From Tubiluchus corallicola (lineage: Eukaryota > Animalia > Priapulida): a stretch of DNA of 64,000 nt. How positions within the stretch are numbered: position 1 is the stretch's first letter; every line of letters begins with the position of its first letter. This document shows positions 39,119-52,385 of the stretch, piece by piece. The position numbers were made by a program, and so were the translations under genes. The stretch spans positions 46,850 to 110,849 of the forward strand of contig JAQGDQ010000697.1 in assembly GCA_030141605.1 (NCBI GenBank), read 5' to 3'. Under the pieces are notes generated by a model. The model saw only the letters and a list, made by a program, of their open reading frames with translations, had not been told where the DNA came from and searched no databases.

Positions 39119-39517
39119 CTGTACAGTTCTTTAAACTGCATAACTTTCTGTACAGTTCTTTAAACCGCAGAACTTTTTGTACAGTTCTTTAAACTGCATA
39201 ACTTTTTGTACAGTTCTTTAAACCGCAGAACTTTTTGTACAGTTCTTTAAACCGCAGAACTTTTTGTACAGTTCTTTAAACCGCAGAACTTTTTGTACAG
39301 TTCTTTAAACCGCATAACTTTTTGTACAGTTCTTTAAACCGCATAACTTTCTGTACAGTTCTTTAAACCGCAGAACTTTTTGTACAGTTCTTTAAACTGC
39401 ATAACTTTTTGTACAGTTCTTTAAACCGCAGAACTTTTTGTACAGTTCTTTAAACCGCAGAACTTTTTGTACAGTTCTTTAAACCGCAGAACTTTTTGTA
39501 GTTCTTTAAACCGCATA
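39119..39517. repeat. 29-bp minisatellite (about 13-14 copies)
   Basis: Unit GTACAGTTCTTTAAACCGCAGAACTTTTT. Confidence 0.95.
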
Positions 39518-40096
39518 ATAATATATGCTTCCCTCAAGTACTTACAGTATGTTAGTGGAAAGAAACTGTCAGTCAGTTAATGCCTAGGCCTTGTCTGTCT
39601 TTACTGAAAGTTTGTTCTGGTGTACAGTAGCGACATACACTGTACATGTACATACTTCTATACACGCGCGCTATGCATAGAAGTATCTACATGTACAGAA
39701 TGCATACCACTAAGGTTCTGTACCATATTAGTTCGTAAATAGAATCAGAGGTTAATAGCTCAATGTCAGAACTCAGTGTACTTTTGGGAAGCATTTTAAG
39801 TTAACAAAATCCTGAATTGTGGTAACAAATTTCTGGTTAGAACTTTTTCAGTACAGCGTGGAGTCTCGTTTAACAAATTCTACAAAATATCAAGGAAAGG
39901 AAAGATGGGCCGGGAAGAGACTGCAGGCTGTCCATCCCACTCCACAACCTACCCAAACTAACCTTGTTCCCTCCTTATTTTACGAACTATTCATATTGAT
40001 TCAACCAGTAAAAAATGTATTTATATACAATAGAAGTTTCACGAAAAATGTAGACTTTCCCTTTAACATATACTTTGTTGGGATACCTGTTTTCCC

Positions 40097-40925
40097 TTTC
40101 ACACAGGGGATGGGCGGACATGGCTTTCCAAAGCATGACTGAATTTCATATCACAGAGGGGATGGGAGGACATGGCTTTCTTCTAACTAAAATCATGACT
40201 GAATTTCATTTCACAGAGGGGATGGGAGGACATGGCTTTCTAAAGCATGACTGAATTTCATTTCACAGAGGGGATGGGAGGACATGGCTTTTTAAAGCAT
40301 GACTGAATTTCATTTCACAGAGGGGATGGGAGGACATGGCTTTTTAAAGCATGACTGAATTTCATTTCACAGAGGGGATGGGAGGACATGGCTCTCTTCT
40401 AAAAGCATGACTGAATTTCATTTCACAGAGGGGATGGGAGGACATGGCTTTCTAAAGCATGACTGAATTTCATTTCACAGAGGGGATGGGAGGACATGGC
40501 TTTCTAAAGCATGACTGAATTTCATTTCACAGAGAGGATGGGAGGACATGGCTTTCTAAAGCATGACTGAATTTCATTTCACAGAGGGGATGGGAGGACA
40601 TGGCTTTTTAAAGCATGACTGAATTTCATTTCACAGAGGGGATGGGAGGACATGGCTTTTTAAAGCATGACTGAATTTCATTTCACAGAGGGGATGGGTG
40701 GACATGGCTTTTTAAAGCATGACTGAATTTCATTTCACAGAGGGGATGGGAGGACATGGCTTTTTAAAGCATGACTGAATTTCATTTCACAGAGGGGATG
40801 GGTGGACATGGCTTTTTAAAGCATGACTGAATTTCATTTCACAGAGGGGATGGGAGGACATGGCTCTCTTCTAAAAGCATGACTGAATTTCATTTCACAG
40901 AGGGGATGGGAGGATATGGCTTTGT
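40097..40925. repeat. 52-bp minisatellite (about 16 copies)
   Basis: Unit GACTGAATTTCATTTCACAGAGGGGATGGGAGGACATGGCTTTTTAAAGCAT. Confidence 0.95.
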
Positions 40926-41343
40926 TTCTAACGTATGAATAACTTTCATTTCACTTACATAGAACGTGGCTATCTCTCGTTTCCTGGGAGACGGCAAAAT
41001 TAGAAAAAACCCTGAAATGATTTTCAAGAAAGTAGCTGTCTCTCATTCCACAGTAAGAATTCTAGAGCACGACTGTCTTTTAGTTTTTGTTAAAGTACTA
41101 CCTCTTCCGGAAGCGGTTGCGGAGGTTAGACATGATTAAAATATTGGCGAATTTACTGTAAAAAAAACTTGTAATAAACTTTAGTTTGATAAGCGAAAGA
41201 TAACTCTATATTTGTACATGGGTTTGACAGAATTAGGCCTACCTAAAAGTAGAAACAGTGAATGGATAAAAATGGATTCCCCTTTTCGAAATCCTAGAAT
41301 AATTATGAAAATGTAAGACATTACCAGAAACGTGACAACGCAG

Positions 41344-42085
41344 TTGCCCGAATTTTGATTGGTGTGGTGGACAGGGCAACGTGATTGAGGGTCGGGGCTG
41401 GCACTACGTAATGGCAAACTGTCCTCTGGAGCAGGAGGAGGTGCCTGTCCCGGCCTTGCGTGTGACCAGGTAAGCGGATTTTTTTATAATTTAAACCTGA
41501 CAAAAAGGAAATCTTAATTTTACTTACACAGTTAGAACTGACTTTCAACCCTTAAATTTCAACTTTTTATTATTATGTAGAAAAGCACAAAACTGGTTAA
41601 GCTTTGTCTCTAAACGTGTTAGAGGCCTAATGCAGGGCTAATATGCAAAAACATGTTGTTAGACATCTTTAAGAAATGAAAAAAATTAGCGGAAGAAACT
41701 TTAGTTTATTAATAATGACTGGCATTATAGACTAGCAAAGGCATTGCAACTTGTCAGTTTAACAGCTCCCAATGTTCAATAATGCACAAACGTCTTTTGC
41801 TTTTTATGCAGAAACAGTAAATGGACGTATTAACGTATTAACTGATACTTTACGTAGGTTTTATATGACTTAATAACATGCCAAATGTCAGCATAATAAT
41901 CGGCCCACGTGACGACGCAAATAGCCACCAAAGTACTTTTTCATGAGTTATACAGCATCTCCCCGATGACACCCCATCCCCGATTTTAGTGAGCAAATGC
42001 AAGAGGTCATATTAACGACTTTTTAGAGGTTACATGTTGGACGTCCTATGCCGGTTCGTCGGGTGCGGCCTACTAATTTCAGGTC
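41344..42085 (+). pseudogene. Partial inverted copy of the C2HC zinc-finger gene (finger-2 exon, intron, part of next exon)
   Basis: Reverse-complement match to about 55110-55862. Encodes CPNFDWCGGQGNVIEGRGWHYVMANCP with donor at 41470. The next exon has lost its original acceptor and is truncated after PVRRVRPTNFR. Confidence 0.75.
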
Positions 42086-42129
42086 CGATGACATCTATTA
42101 TCTACTCAAGTTAATGTTACAAGAAAGAT

Positions 42130-43440
42130 TCCAAGTGTTGATCATCTGTATGCACAAATTTGTCACGCACCCTATTGCTGTAACTATGAACCAAATGAGA
42201 TTTAGAGAATGGAGGGACTTTTCCATGATCATCAATAGAACAACAAGTTCTTGGGGAAAACAATTAGAATCATCTGTGTGCACAACTTTGTCACGCACCC
42301 TATTGTTGTAACTATGAACCAAATGAGATTCAGAAACAGGAGCGGGAGGGGGGGGTTATTTTCCATGATTATCAATAGCTAATAGCCACTCGACAGAACA
42401 ACAAGTTCTTGGGAAAACAATTAGAATCATCTATGTGCACAACTTTGTCAAACACCCTATAGCAGTAACTATGAACCAAATGAGATTCAGAAACTGGAAT
42501 CATCTGCTTGCACAACTTTGTCAAGTACCCTATGGCAGTAACTATGAACCATATGAGATTCAAAAACTGGAATCATCTGCTTGCACAACTTTGTCAAATA
42601 CCCTATAGCAGTAACTATGAACCAAATGAGATTCAGAAACTGGAATCATCTGCTTGCACAACTTTGTCAAACACCCTATAGCAGTAACTATGAACCAAAT
42701 GAGATTCAGAAACTGTAATCATCTGCTTGCGCAACTTTGTCAAATACCCTATGGCAGTAACTATGAACCAAATGAGATTCAAAAACTGGAATCATCTGCT
42801 TGCACAACTTTGTCAAACACCCTATAGCAGTAACTATGAACCAAATGAGATTCAAAAACTGGAATCATCTGCTTGCACAACTTTGTCAAATACCCTATAG
42901 CAGTAACTATGAACCAAATGAGATTCAGAAACTGGAATCATCTGCTTGCACAACTTTGTCAAACACCCTATAGCAGTAACTATGAACCAAATGAGATTCA
43001 GAAACTGTAATCATCTGCTTGCGCAACTTTGTCAAATACCCTATAGCAGTAACAATGAAACAAATGAGATTCAGAAACTGGAATCATCTGCTTGCACAAC
43101 TTTGTTAAATACCCTATAGCAGTAACTATGAACCAAATGAGATTGAGAAACTGGAATCATCTGTGTGCACAACTTTGTCAAACACCCTATAGCAGTAACT
43201 ATGAACCAAATGAGATTCAGAAGCTGGAATCATCTGCTTGCACAACTTTGTCAAATACCCTATAGCAGTAACTATGAACCAAATGAGATTCAAAAACTGG
43301 AATCATCTGCTTGCACAACTTTGTCAAATACCCTATAGCAGTAACTATGAACCAAATGAGATTCAGAAACTGGAATCATCTGCTTGCACAACTTTGTCAA
43401 ATACCCTATAGCAGTAACTATGAACCAGATGAGATTTAGA
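42130..43440. repeat. 73-bp minisatellite (about 14 regular copies plus diverged leading units)
   Basis: Unit TGAGATTCAGAAACTGGAATCATCTGCTTGCACAACTTTGTCAAATACCCTATAGCAGTAACTATGAACCAAA. Confidence 0.95.
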
Positions 43441-45005
43441 GAATGGGAGCAATTTTCCATAATCATCAATAGCCAAAATTTACAAGTAACTTGATAGAAC
43501 AACAGCACTTAAGACAAAAATTAGAATGATGTCTGCTGGACTGCTTCGCCATGGAACCTATTGCTGTAACTGATTGTTTAAAGACCGAAGGGAAATAATA
43601 ATCAAAAAGAAAACGTACTTTAGCATTCTTAAATGTGTTTACAAAAGGAAATGTTGTTTCTCGAATGAAAAGAAATCTGCAAAAATCAACATAAAAACAA
43701 AAACTGATAAAATAAGACAAATAATGGCGGCGGCAACAACAACGACGACCAAAATAATTACTGGCAGTCTTGTGGTTTCTTTACGAAGAATCTAGTTTTA
43801 GTGGAGATGATGATGATGACGATGATGATGATGATAGCGAAGGCGATCATGACAATACTGAAACAAAATAATACAATGCTTGTTTGTAAAATAGCGCAGT
43901 TCTACATAGAAACGTGAATGGTTCCAGTCGAGGAAGAAAAAACGTTTCTGCATTCAGTGATTACCTGATTCAACTGTGAGAAATCTACAAGAAATCTACG
44001 GAAGTCTAGAACATGCAAATTCGTTTGTCAACCAAAAAATATTTAAATTTTACAATGTGCATTACAAAAGCTCATAGTGATGTGACATCTATTGATTTTA
44101 ATCATTATTTTACCACGAATAGGTTAAACTGGTACTATAAATCAGACTATTAAATTAGTTGTAAAATTTCTTTAATCACAATAATAACGGATTGGGAATC
44201 GTGAATGCTGGGTATACAAAACACATAATAAAAGCTTGTCCCTACAAAGTACGAGAATGGAAGAGAAAGATACATTATTGCTGGCACAGAGCCAAGATTA
44301 CAGCTGCAAGATCTTCACAGATATTCATAAATATTTGCTCAAAATTTCATGCAAAATAACTATAGAATTTTTGCTGCCAAATTATCGGTGGGGAGGGGTA
44401 ATGTCGGTGGAGACTTTATACCACTTACATACTACCTTTTCGTATGCATCGTATGCACCGGACGTAACGCTGTATAAAACGTGTACATTTAAACTCCAGA
44501 TGACCGCTAGGCGAGGCCATTTTAATGGTAGGTCTTGTGAAAAAAGTTTTGATAGCATTAAATAAAGTTTGAAAAAATAATCAGAGCATTCGTACCATAC
44601 ATGTTGCTAATTAAGTAAACTTTTAAATTACTGTATCTTGTCACTAAGATTAAAAATACGTTCTTGGCTAGTGAGTGGCGCACCCTGGAGGGTGTGTCAG
44701 TGACATTTTACCAATTGGCACAAACATTTTAAATTATTATTTCTAGTTACATAAGTCTTTCCAGCTGGTAAGTGAAATGCTAAGTAATATACATTTGCAC
44801 GTGTTTTTCAGATCATAATTTAACATTGCCTTTTCTTCCTCTGATTTACGTGGCGTCGGAACAGTTTTGCGGGAGATTTAAAATGAAAACAAACGAAAAT
44901 TCTGTTTGACGTGAATACGACATGTACATAAAATTGCTGTAAAGTAGTATAATTTTTCAAGGTGACTTTTCTGAAACCTACTTCACAAAATTCACACGTT
45001 AAGAA

Positions 45006-45720
45006 CTATACAAGGTGCTTGTTTACTGTTTATACCATGTTCAGAGCAGACTGTACCACTCTATACAAGGTGCTTGTTTACTGTTTATACCATGTTCAGA
45101 GCAGACTGTACCACTCTATACAAGGTGCTTGTTTACTGTTTATACCATGTTCAGAGCAGCCTGTACCACTCTATACAAGGTGCTTGTTTACTGTTTATAC
45201 CATGTTCAGAGCAGACTGTACCACTCTATACAAGGTGCTTGTTTACTGTATATACCATGTTCAGAGCAGACTGTACCACTCTATACAAGGTGCTTGTTTA
45301 CTGTTTACACCATGTTCAGAGCAGACTGTACCACTCTATACAAGGTGCTTGTTTACTGTTTATACCATGTTCAGAGCAGACTGTACCACTCTATACAAGA
45401 TGCTTGTTTACTGTTTATACCATGTTCAGAGCAGACTGTACCACTCTATACAAGGTGCTTGTTTACTGTATATACCATGTTCAGAGCAGACTGTACCACT
45501 CTATACAAGGTGCTTGTTTACTGTTTATACCATGTTCAGAGCAGACTGTACCACTCTATACAAGGTGCTTGTTTACTGTTTATACCATGTTCAGAGCAGA
45601 CTGTACCACTCTATACAAGGTGCTTGTTTACTGTTTATACCATGTTCAGAGCAGACTGTACCACTCTATACAAGGTGCTTGTTTACTGTTTATACCATGT
45701 TCAGAGCAGACTGTACCACT
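45006..45720. repeat. 55-bp minisatellite (13 copies)
   Basis: Unit CTATACAAGGTGCTTGTTTACTGTTTATACCATGTTCAGAGCAGACTGTACCACT. Confidence 0.96.
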
Positions 45721-45964
45721 AAACAAGCTAAGCAGTTAGCTGGAGCAACAAATTTTATTGGGGCGCCAAATTTTAGAAGTGTTTAATATTTAAGTTTAGC
45801 ATAAGTGATAACAATTATGAACAATTGTGCTTAATAAACCAAGAGGGCTAGAACATGCACCAATTATAAGCTACCATTACACTTTATAATATTGTCACTA
45901 CAAATTCAATTTTGGGGGTATGGTGGAAGCGGCAGCGGGAGAAGGGATTGAGCGTTGGAGGGGA

Positions 45965-46378
45965 CTAAAAATTCTTCGTGGAAAAGAGGGCGGCAAAAAT
46001 TCTTCGTGGAAAAGAGGGCGGCAAAAATTCTACGTGGAAAAGATGGTGCTAAAAATTCTACATGGAAAAGATGGCGCTAAAAACTCTACGTGGAAAAGAT
46101 GGTGCTAAAAACTCTACATGGAAAAGAGGGTGCCAAAAATTCTACGTGCAAAAGAGGGTGCCAAAAACTTTACATGCAAAAGAGGGTGCCAAAAACTTTA
46201 CATGCAAAAGAGGGTGCCAAAAATTCTACATGGAAAAGATGGCGCTAAAAACTCTACGTGGAAAAGATGGTGCTAAAAACTCTACGCGGAAAAGATGGCG
46301 CCATAAATTCTAGGTGGAAGAGAGGGCGTTAAAAAAAATTTGCCTAGAGCACCCCAAACTACCTAAAGCCGCCCCTGA
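45965..46378. repeat. 28-bp tandem repeat, probably inside a non-autonomous DNA transposon end
   Basis: Unit AAAATTCTACGTGGAAAAGATGGTGCTA (about 13 copies), followed by ..CCTAAAGCCGCCCCTG, a MITE-like terminus. Confidence 0.75.
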
Positions 46379-47044
46379 CCATGTTACATTGTTATGCAGT
46401 CACAAAACCTCAACACTAGATATAAGTAGGACACACTGGAACACTATAGACTATCCTGTTAAGTATAATGGAAGCAGACAAGAGAGATACGTGGAGTAAA
46501 CAAAGCTCGACTACTTCTGGAAGTTGTCCATAATAAACCCAGTGTAAGTGATAGTCTTACAAATCAACAATTGTTAAGAAGCAAAGTGATCAAATCTTTG
46601 AAGTATTTAGGCGTAATGGTAATATATAACTTGAGAGGGAAGTTTTTTGCGACTTGAGTTACTATAAAAAGTACTAACACTATAAATTATAATAAATTTA
46701 CTATATAGCGCCTTGCGTTATTGTAGTGCTGTAAATGCCAAATTAAGTCAGCGTAAGTTGACAGCGAGGCTGTAATCTCGGACCAACCAGTGGGTTTAAC
46801 CACCCCTAAAAGACCTCAAAAGCAAACCAGCGGAGGTGTAGGTAGACTCAAGATCACGTTATACAAAACTTTGCCATTGTTTCTTCTTCAGACGAAAACA
46901 TACAAATGCTGCATGTTGTAAATTACGCTAACCACCAGGGACAAATAATGTGCAAACATCTCACCTAGTAGTTTAGAGAGTAAGCAGGCCGGGGACGAAT
47001 ACGAAAGTGCCAGCACTGTTTAAAAATAGTAAAACTCATTGAAT

Positions 47045-47720
47045 AGTCAAAACAACTTTCCAACCCAGTAATTATTTATTTATTATTTGGATTACTTATG
47101 TAACTGTCACTTCAACTGTGTCTTAGAACTCTAGAATTGTTAAGGAGCTAAGTCATCAAACTTAAACAGGTCATAGCAAGAGATGGGAGAGAAATTGTTG
47201 TTGGGTAGGTGGTGACATGGGGGTGGGCAGTTTAAGGTCAAAGTTTACAACAAGTAAGGACTATGAGCGGCTGGACAAACAAAGGTACTCCTCTTACTGT
47301 ACCAAGTGAGGAAGTGACATTGGAGAAGTGGTCGGTGACCTTGCGTGGGTGGATTAAAGTCAAAGGAGATGAAAGTTTAAAAACTACTAGAGAAAGGAGG
47401 TTACAAAACTGCAAGGAGCTCTTTGACAAACATTGTGCAACTCATAACAAGAGGTAGATGAGTAACGAAGATGGGGTATTCAGCGACTTTGAGTGGGTGG
47501 TTCACAGGTAAAGGTGACAACAAAAGCACAACGGCAAAGAATTCGAAAAGGAAAGGTAGATAACTTACTGTACCAGGTGGAGAAGGAGATCGATGAAGTA
47601 ATCAATGACTTTAGATTAGTGGTGGAAGAGGAAAGGATGCTACGATTCAGAAACAATTATAAGAGACAATTGCATTAAAATGGTAAGCTGGTGTTGTGTG
47701 CCTGAACTGATGCAACTTAA
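47045..47720 (+). mobile_element. Degenerate retroelement (gag-like) remnant, left arm of an inverted pair
   Basis: Reverse complement of about 50005-50670; broken ORFs (SEEVTLEKWSVTL.GWI.V; NLLYQVEKE). Confidence 0.45.
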
Positions 47721-47732
47721 CCTCAACTGAAC

Positions 47733-48493
47733 TGTGACAACTCAGACTCTCTATAGGTGAGTTTAGTTTATGGTTTAAATTCAGTGACAACTCAACTCTC
47801 TATAGGTGACTTTAGTTTGTGGTTTAAATTCAGTGACAACTCAGCTCTCTATAGGTGACTTTAGTTTATGGTTTAAATTCAGTGACAACTCAAACTTTCT
47901 ATAGGTGACTTTAGTTTATGGTTTAAATTCAGTGACAACTCAGCTCTCTATAGGTGACTTTAGTTTATGGTTTAAATTCAGTGACAACTCGACTCTCTAT
48001 AGGTGAGTTTAGTTTATGGTTTAAATTCGGTGACAACTCAACTCTCTATAGGTGACTTTAGTTTATGATTTAAATTCAGTGACAACTCAGCTCTCTATAG
48101 GTGACTTTAGTTTGTGGTTTAAATTCAGTGACAACTCAGCTCTCTATAGGTGACTTTAGTTTATGGTTTAAATTCAGTGACAACTCAACTCTCTATAGGT
48201 GACTTTAGTTTGTGGTTTAAATTCAGTGACAACTCAACTCTCTATAGGTGACTTTAGTTTGTGGTTTAAATTCAGTGACAACTCAACTCTCTATTAGGTG
48301 ACTTTAGTTTATGGTTTAAATTCAGTGACAACTCAACTCTCTATTAGGTGACTTTAGTTTGTGGTTTAAATTCAGTGACAACTCAGCTCTCTATAGTTGA
48401 CTTTAGTTTATGGTTTAAATTCAGTGACAACTCAGCTCTCTATAGGTGACTTTAGTTTATGGTTTAAATTCAGTGACAACTCAAATTCTCTAT
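47733..48493. repeat. 49-bp minisatellite (about 15 copies)
   Basis: Unit GTGACAACTCAGCTCTCTATAGGTGACTTTAGTTTATGGTTTAAATTCA. Confidence 0.95.
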
Positions 48494-48799
48494 AAAAGGA
48501 CAGTTAACAGAACTACGTTGAGTGACCAATAATGACGTAGCCAGTGATACAATATGATAAAATGTGCCTGCTTTTTTTTACAAAAAAACACATCACTTGC
48601 AACTTACCATTAAAATTATATCTGCTGCTAAAAGAATTTTTCCCAATCTAATATCACTTTATTGAGAAGTAAGTTTAATTGCTGTAATTTCAGTTAAATT
48701 ACTGCAGTAAAAACAAGTTCTACCTGAGGACTAAAGGCAAGATTACAAGATGGTTTTTAGCCCAAATTTTAATCATAACATCTTCAACACACAACGCAG

Positions 48800-49266
48800 C
48801 ACGTGTTCAAGTTGCTACAGTTACTGCAGCAGCTGCCGGCAGCGCTGCAGTCGCTCTTGATAATTCAGAGCCTATTAATTAACGTAATCCTAATTAGTGC
48901 AGATCTAACTGCAAGATATACAAAGTTTTACAAAGTAAAAGCCGTGTCTCGCTGTTTCTTATTTATGTCGTAAATTTTGGAAGACTTTGTAAGACTTTGA
49001 ATAAATTAATCTATTCCTTAATTAATAAATTAATTAACGGCACTATCGTGGCAAGGAGAGTAGGACCTTTTAAATGATTTGCATATTCTATAAACATAAA
49101 AAACCACTTGATAAAAACAAGTTTTATAGTTTTAATTGATGAGACTCTACGCTCCTTACCTACCGCCCTGTTACTAACTAAAACTAAAACTAACTATCAC
49201 TAATTATCACTAATTATCACTAACTATCTCTAACTATTGCTAAAACTGTTGCAGCTTGAACATGTG
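48800..49266. mobile_element. Possible MITE with 23-bp terminal inverted repeats
   Basis: CACGTGTTCAAGTTGCTACAGTT (48800) versus the reverse complement of AACTGTTGCAGCTTGAACATGTG (49244-49266), 20/23 match. Confidence 0.45.
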
Positions 49267-49789
49267 ACATCAAATTTTCCGATGTTGTTTGTGAACATTT
49301 TTCTAACATTTTTGAAATTAAAAAAAACATGGAAGTCTTAAAATTGCTCAAGTAAGCGGATTTTCAACAAATTTTGCTTTCAGAACTGGATAATAGAAAA
49401 TGTCTGCACTACAGTAGCTTAATGATTACGTTTTCAACTCAAACTGTCTTACATAAATTAGTGCAGCAGATATAATAAGTAAACCTTAGCTAGCATAGGT
49501 CAACTGATTAATTGCAAGTGAAACAAGTGTGTGTGGTGGGGGGGGGGGAGGGGGCATTTATTGTAAATGAAAAATCTAAGAAATTAAAAAAACATTTTAC
49601 TTCGTTTAGTGTCGATGTAAAAAGTTGAAAATGGCACACATTTGTAAGGTCTCCTGTTTTACAGTTTGGAAATGGTACACAGTTGTACTGTAAGCACACA
49701 ATCAGTTTGCCAGCATCAAGGGTTCTAGATTGAGAGCCAAAATGAATAATATTAGCCTTGCACTGGTTGCCTTGCACTTTAGCAGTAAT

Positions 49790-50670
49790 TCAGCACAACT
49801 GCTTTTTACAGATGTTTTGAGTTGCCACAGTTTATGATAATTAGTCACCCTCCCTTTACGTTGCAAGCCTTTGTTCGCCTAACTACTGGTGGTTTTAGAA
49901 GTTGTTGCAGCCCATGACCTCGTACTGCTCACAGTTTTACAATTGTTCGGCTTCTAACCTTGCACTTCCACCAACAAAGTCATTCGCTAACCTCATTACG
50001 TAACATAAGTTGCATCAGTTTGAACACTCAGCTCCTTGAGCTTTTAAAGCTGTTTCTTATAATACTTTTTAAATCTTAACGTTCTTTATCTAGAACAACC
50101 AATAAAAACTCACTGATTACATAACCAAACTCGTTCTCTACCCGGTATAGCAAGTTCTCCAGCTTTGCTTGCCAAATTCATTGCAATTGTGCAATTATTG
50201 CAACGTTTAACTGTGAACTATCAACTTAAACTCACCAAATAACTCATCTTAGTTACTCGCCCACTTCGTATTATGAGTCGCATAAGGTTGGTCAACAAGC
50301 TCTTGTAGTTTTATGACTTCCCTTCTGTAGTAGTTAATGAACTTCCACTTCCGTTGACCTCAATCCACCCACCCAAGGTCACCGACCATTTCTCCAATGT
50401 CACTTCCTCACTTGGGACAGTAAGAGGAGTACCTTTGCTTGTCCAGCCGCTCATAGTCCTTACTTATTGTAAACTTTGACCTTAAACTGCCCCCCGCCCA
50501 TATCAACACCTACCCAAAAACAATTTTTCTCCCATCTCTTGCTATGACCTGCTCAGGTTTGATGACTTAGCTCCTTAACAATTCTAGAGTTCCAAGACAC
50601 AGTTGAAGTGACAGTTACATAAGTGATCAAAACAGTAAATAAACAATCACAGGGTTGGAAGACATTATTT
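49790..50670 (-). mobile_element. Degenerate LTR-retrotransposon gag-like remnant, right arm of the inverted pair
   Basis: Matches 47045-47720 and extends further into a decayed zinc-knuckle-like stretch (..CGNSKHL*K..C) near 49795-49840. Confidence 0.45.
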
Positions 50671-52385
50671 TGACATTCTGAATGAAAAAGTTTTACTAAT
50701 TTTTAGAGCGAGAATAGTCATTTTTTAGGGATACACTTGACAGAGAATGTTTTCCAGGAAGAAAGTCATGTATTCTTGTAAATATATGGACAACAGGTTA
50801 CGCAAAAAGATAATTCCAGTTCTGAACCGCAGGTTGCACACAAACTAACCTTATAGAACCTTATAAACCATTTCTGAACCTTATAGATTTCTCACAATTG
50901 AAAAACATAGAAACCGTGAATAACTCCAATTCTGAACCGCAGGTTGCACGCAAACTATTTCTGAACCTTATAGATTTCTCACAACTATGAAGTGACAGAT
51001 GTCTGTCATGTCAAGAACTGTCGACTACTGCATGAAAGCGAGCAGTAATAGTGCTCAATGTGCATGCGCTGGTCGAAAAGAACCAATCAAACAATTTAAA
51101 TTGAATGTGCAAAATCCTGCATAACAATCTTCAAACAAACGATATTTAAGACGCCATCCAGGGGGCGCCAAAAAACCTGCAAGTGTTTCTTATTGGCTAG
51201 AAAAAGTCCTTAAGCAAAATTTGGTTTAAATCATTTAATGAAATGACAGCAGAAAAACACAACAGAAACAATGATGCCCCCTCGATTACGTGCAAACCAA
51301 CTTTGCTTGTATAAACATAAAAATATGAAAACAGAAGAGTGACTCATCATCCTCCTGCTATATTATCACCCCGAGAGAAAAATAACTAAAGATTATGACA
51401 AGCAGTCTGTATGATACCAAGAAATGCAAAGTCGTGCAAAATGCGAAATGAATTTTATAAATTTGATTCCCTGACGACTAATTAGCACAACTAAAGTCAT
51501 ACATTGAAAAACAAGTTTTAGCGACCAACTACCAGGTGTCTCCACTTCATTACTTGACTCGTCTTGACAAACAACAAACTTATTTAGACCCATTGACACA
51601 TTACAGAATCATCAAACTGAAGCTGAATAGAAATGATGATGCAGAATAGGATCAGGGATGCTGAATGTTAGAGCATCAATTTAAGAATATTACAATGTAT
51701 AAGAAACAAGTGTTTCATATAAAGCATACTATGAGGATAATTGTAATGGCTTTTTCTATGACACAACACACAATAAAATATAACAGTAATGTAAAAAACC
51801 TTGTTGTTGCATTAGGCATCTAAATGTCTCCATTTGTTGTAGAAAACATTGCTTTCGACATCTGATCTTGTGTTAAGCAAGACAATCCAGTGTTGCCACT
51901 CCTTGCATTCCATATACTGCACAGAATTTCATGATTCCACTCACTATGCTGCACATCTGATGTTCTCAGTAATTGTAGTGAATGTTGCATCTCACTGTGC
52001 TGCACATCTGATGTTCTCAGTAATTGTAGTGAATGTTGCATGAAACATATGATGATGCTGCACCATTAAAATAAACCATTGCACGTTTTCCTATATAAAA
52101 ATGAAAAAAGGTCAAAATACTACAATTGTTTGCAGAAAAAAACATGGATACTGCGGCATGCTGACATAGTGAGATGAAAATTACTGTTACACGTTTGGGT
52201 TAATGGGTAACCAAAAAGTTTCTTGTGTGAAACTACTCTTAACTAGTCAGAGAAGGAGGAAGAGGGTGACTTGTCCTCCCCGCCCCCGTTGGGAATCACC
52301 ACTAGAGCACCTATGACATTTCATTGTCTTACTGTAGGAGATTACAATAAGTAATTGTAGAGAAAAAAGACATACCAAAAACATC

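Noticed and set aside
33475-48493. CRISPR-like appearance of the regular arrays, and ORFs within them (e.g. 33546-34214, 44962-45786)
   Set aside because: Units are head-to-tail with no unique spacers, there are no cas genes and the context is eukaryotic; the ORFs are repeat artefacts.
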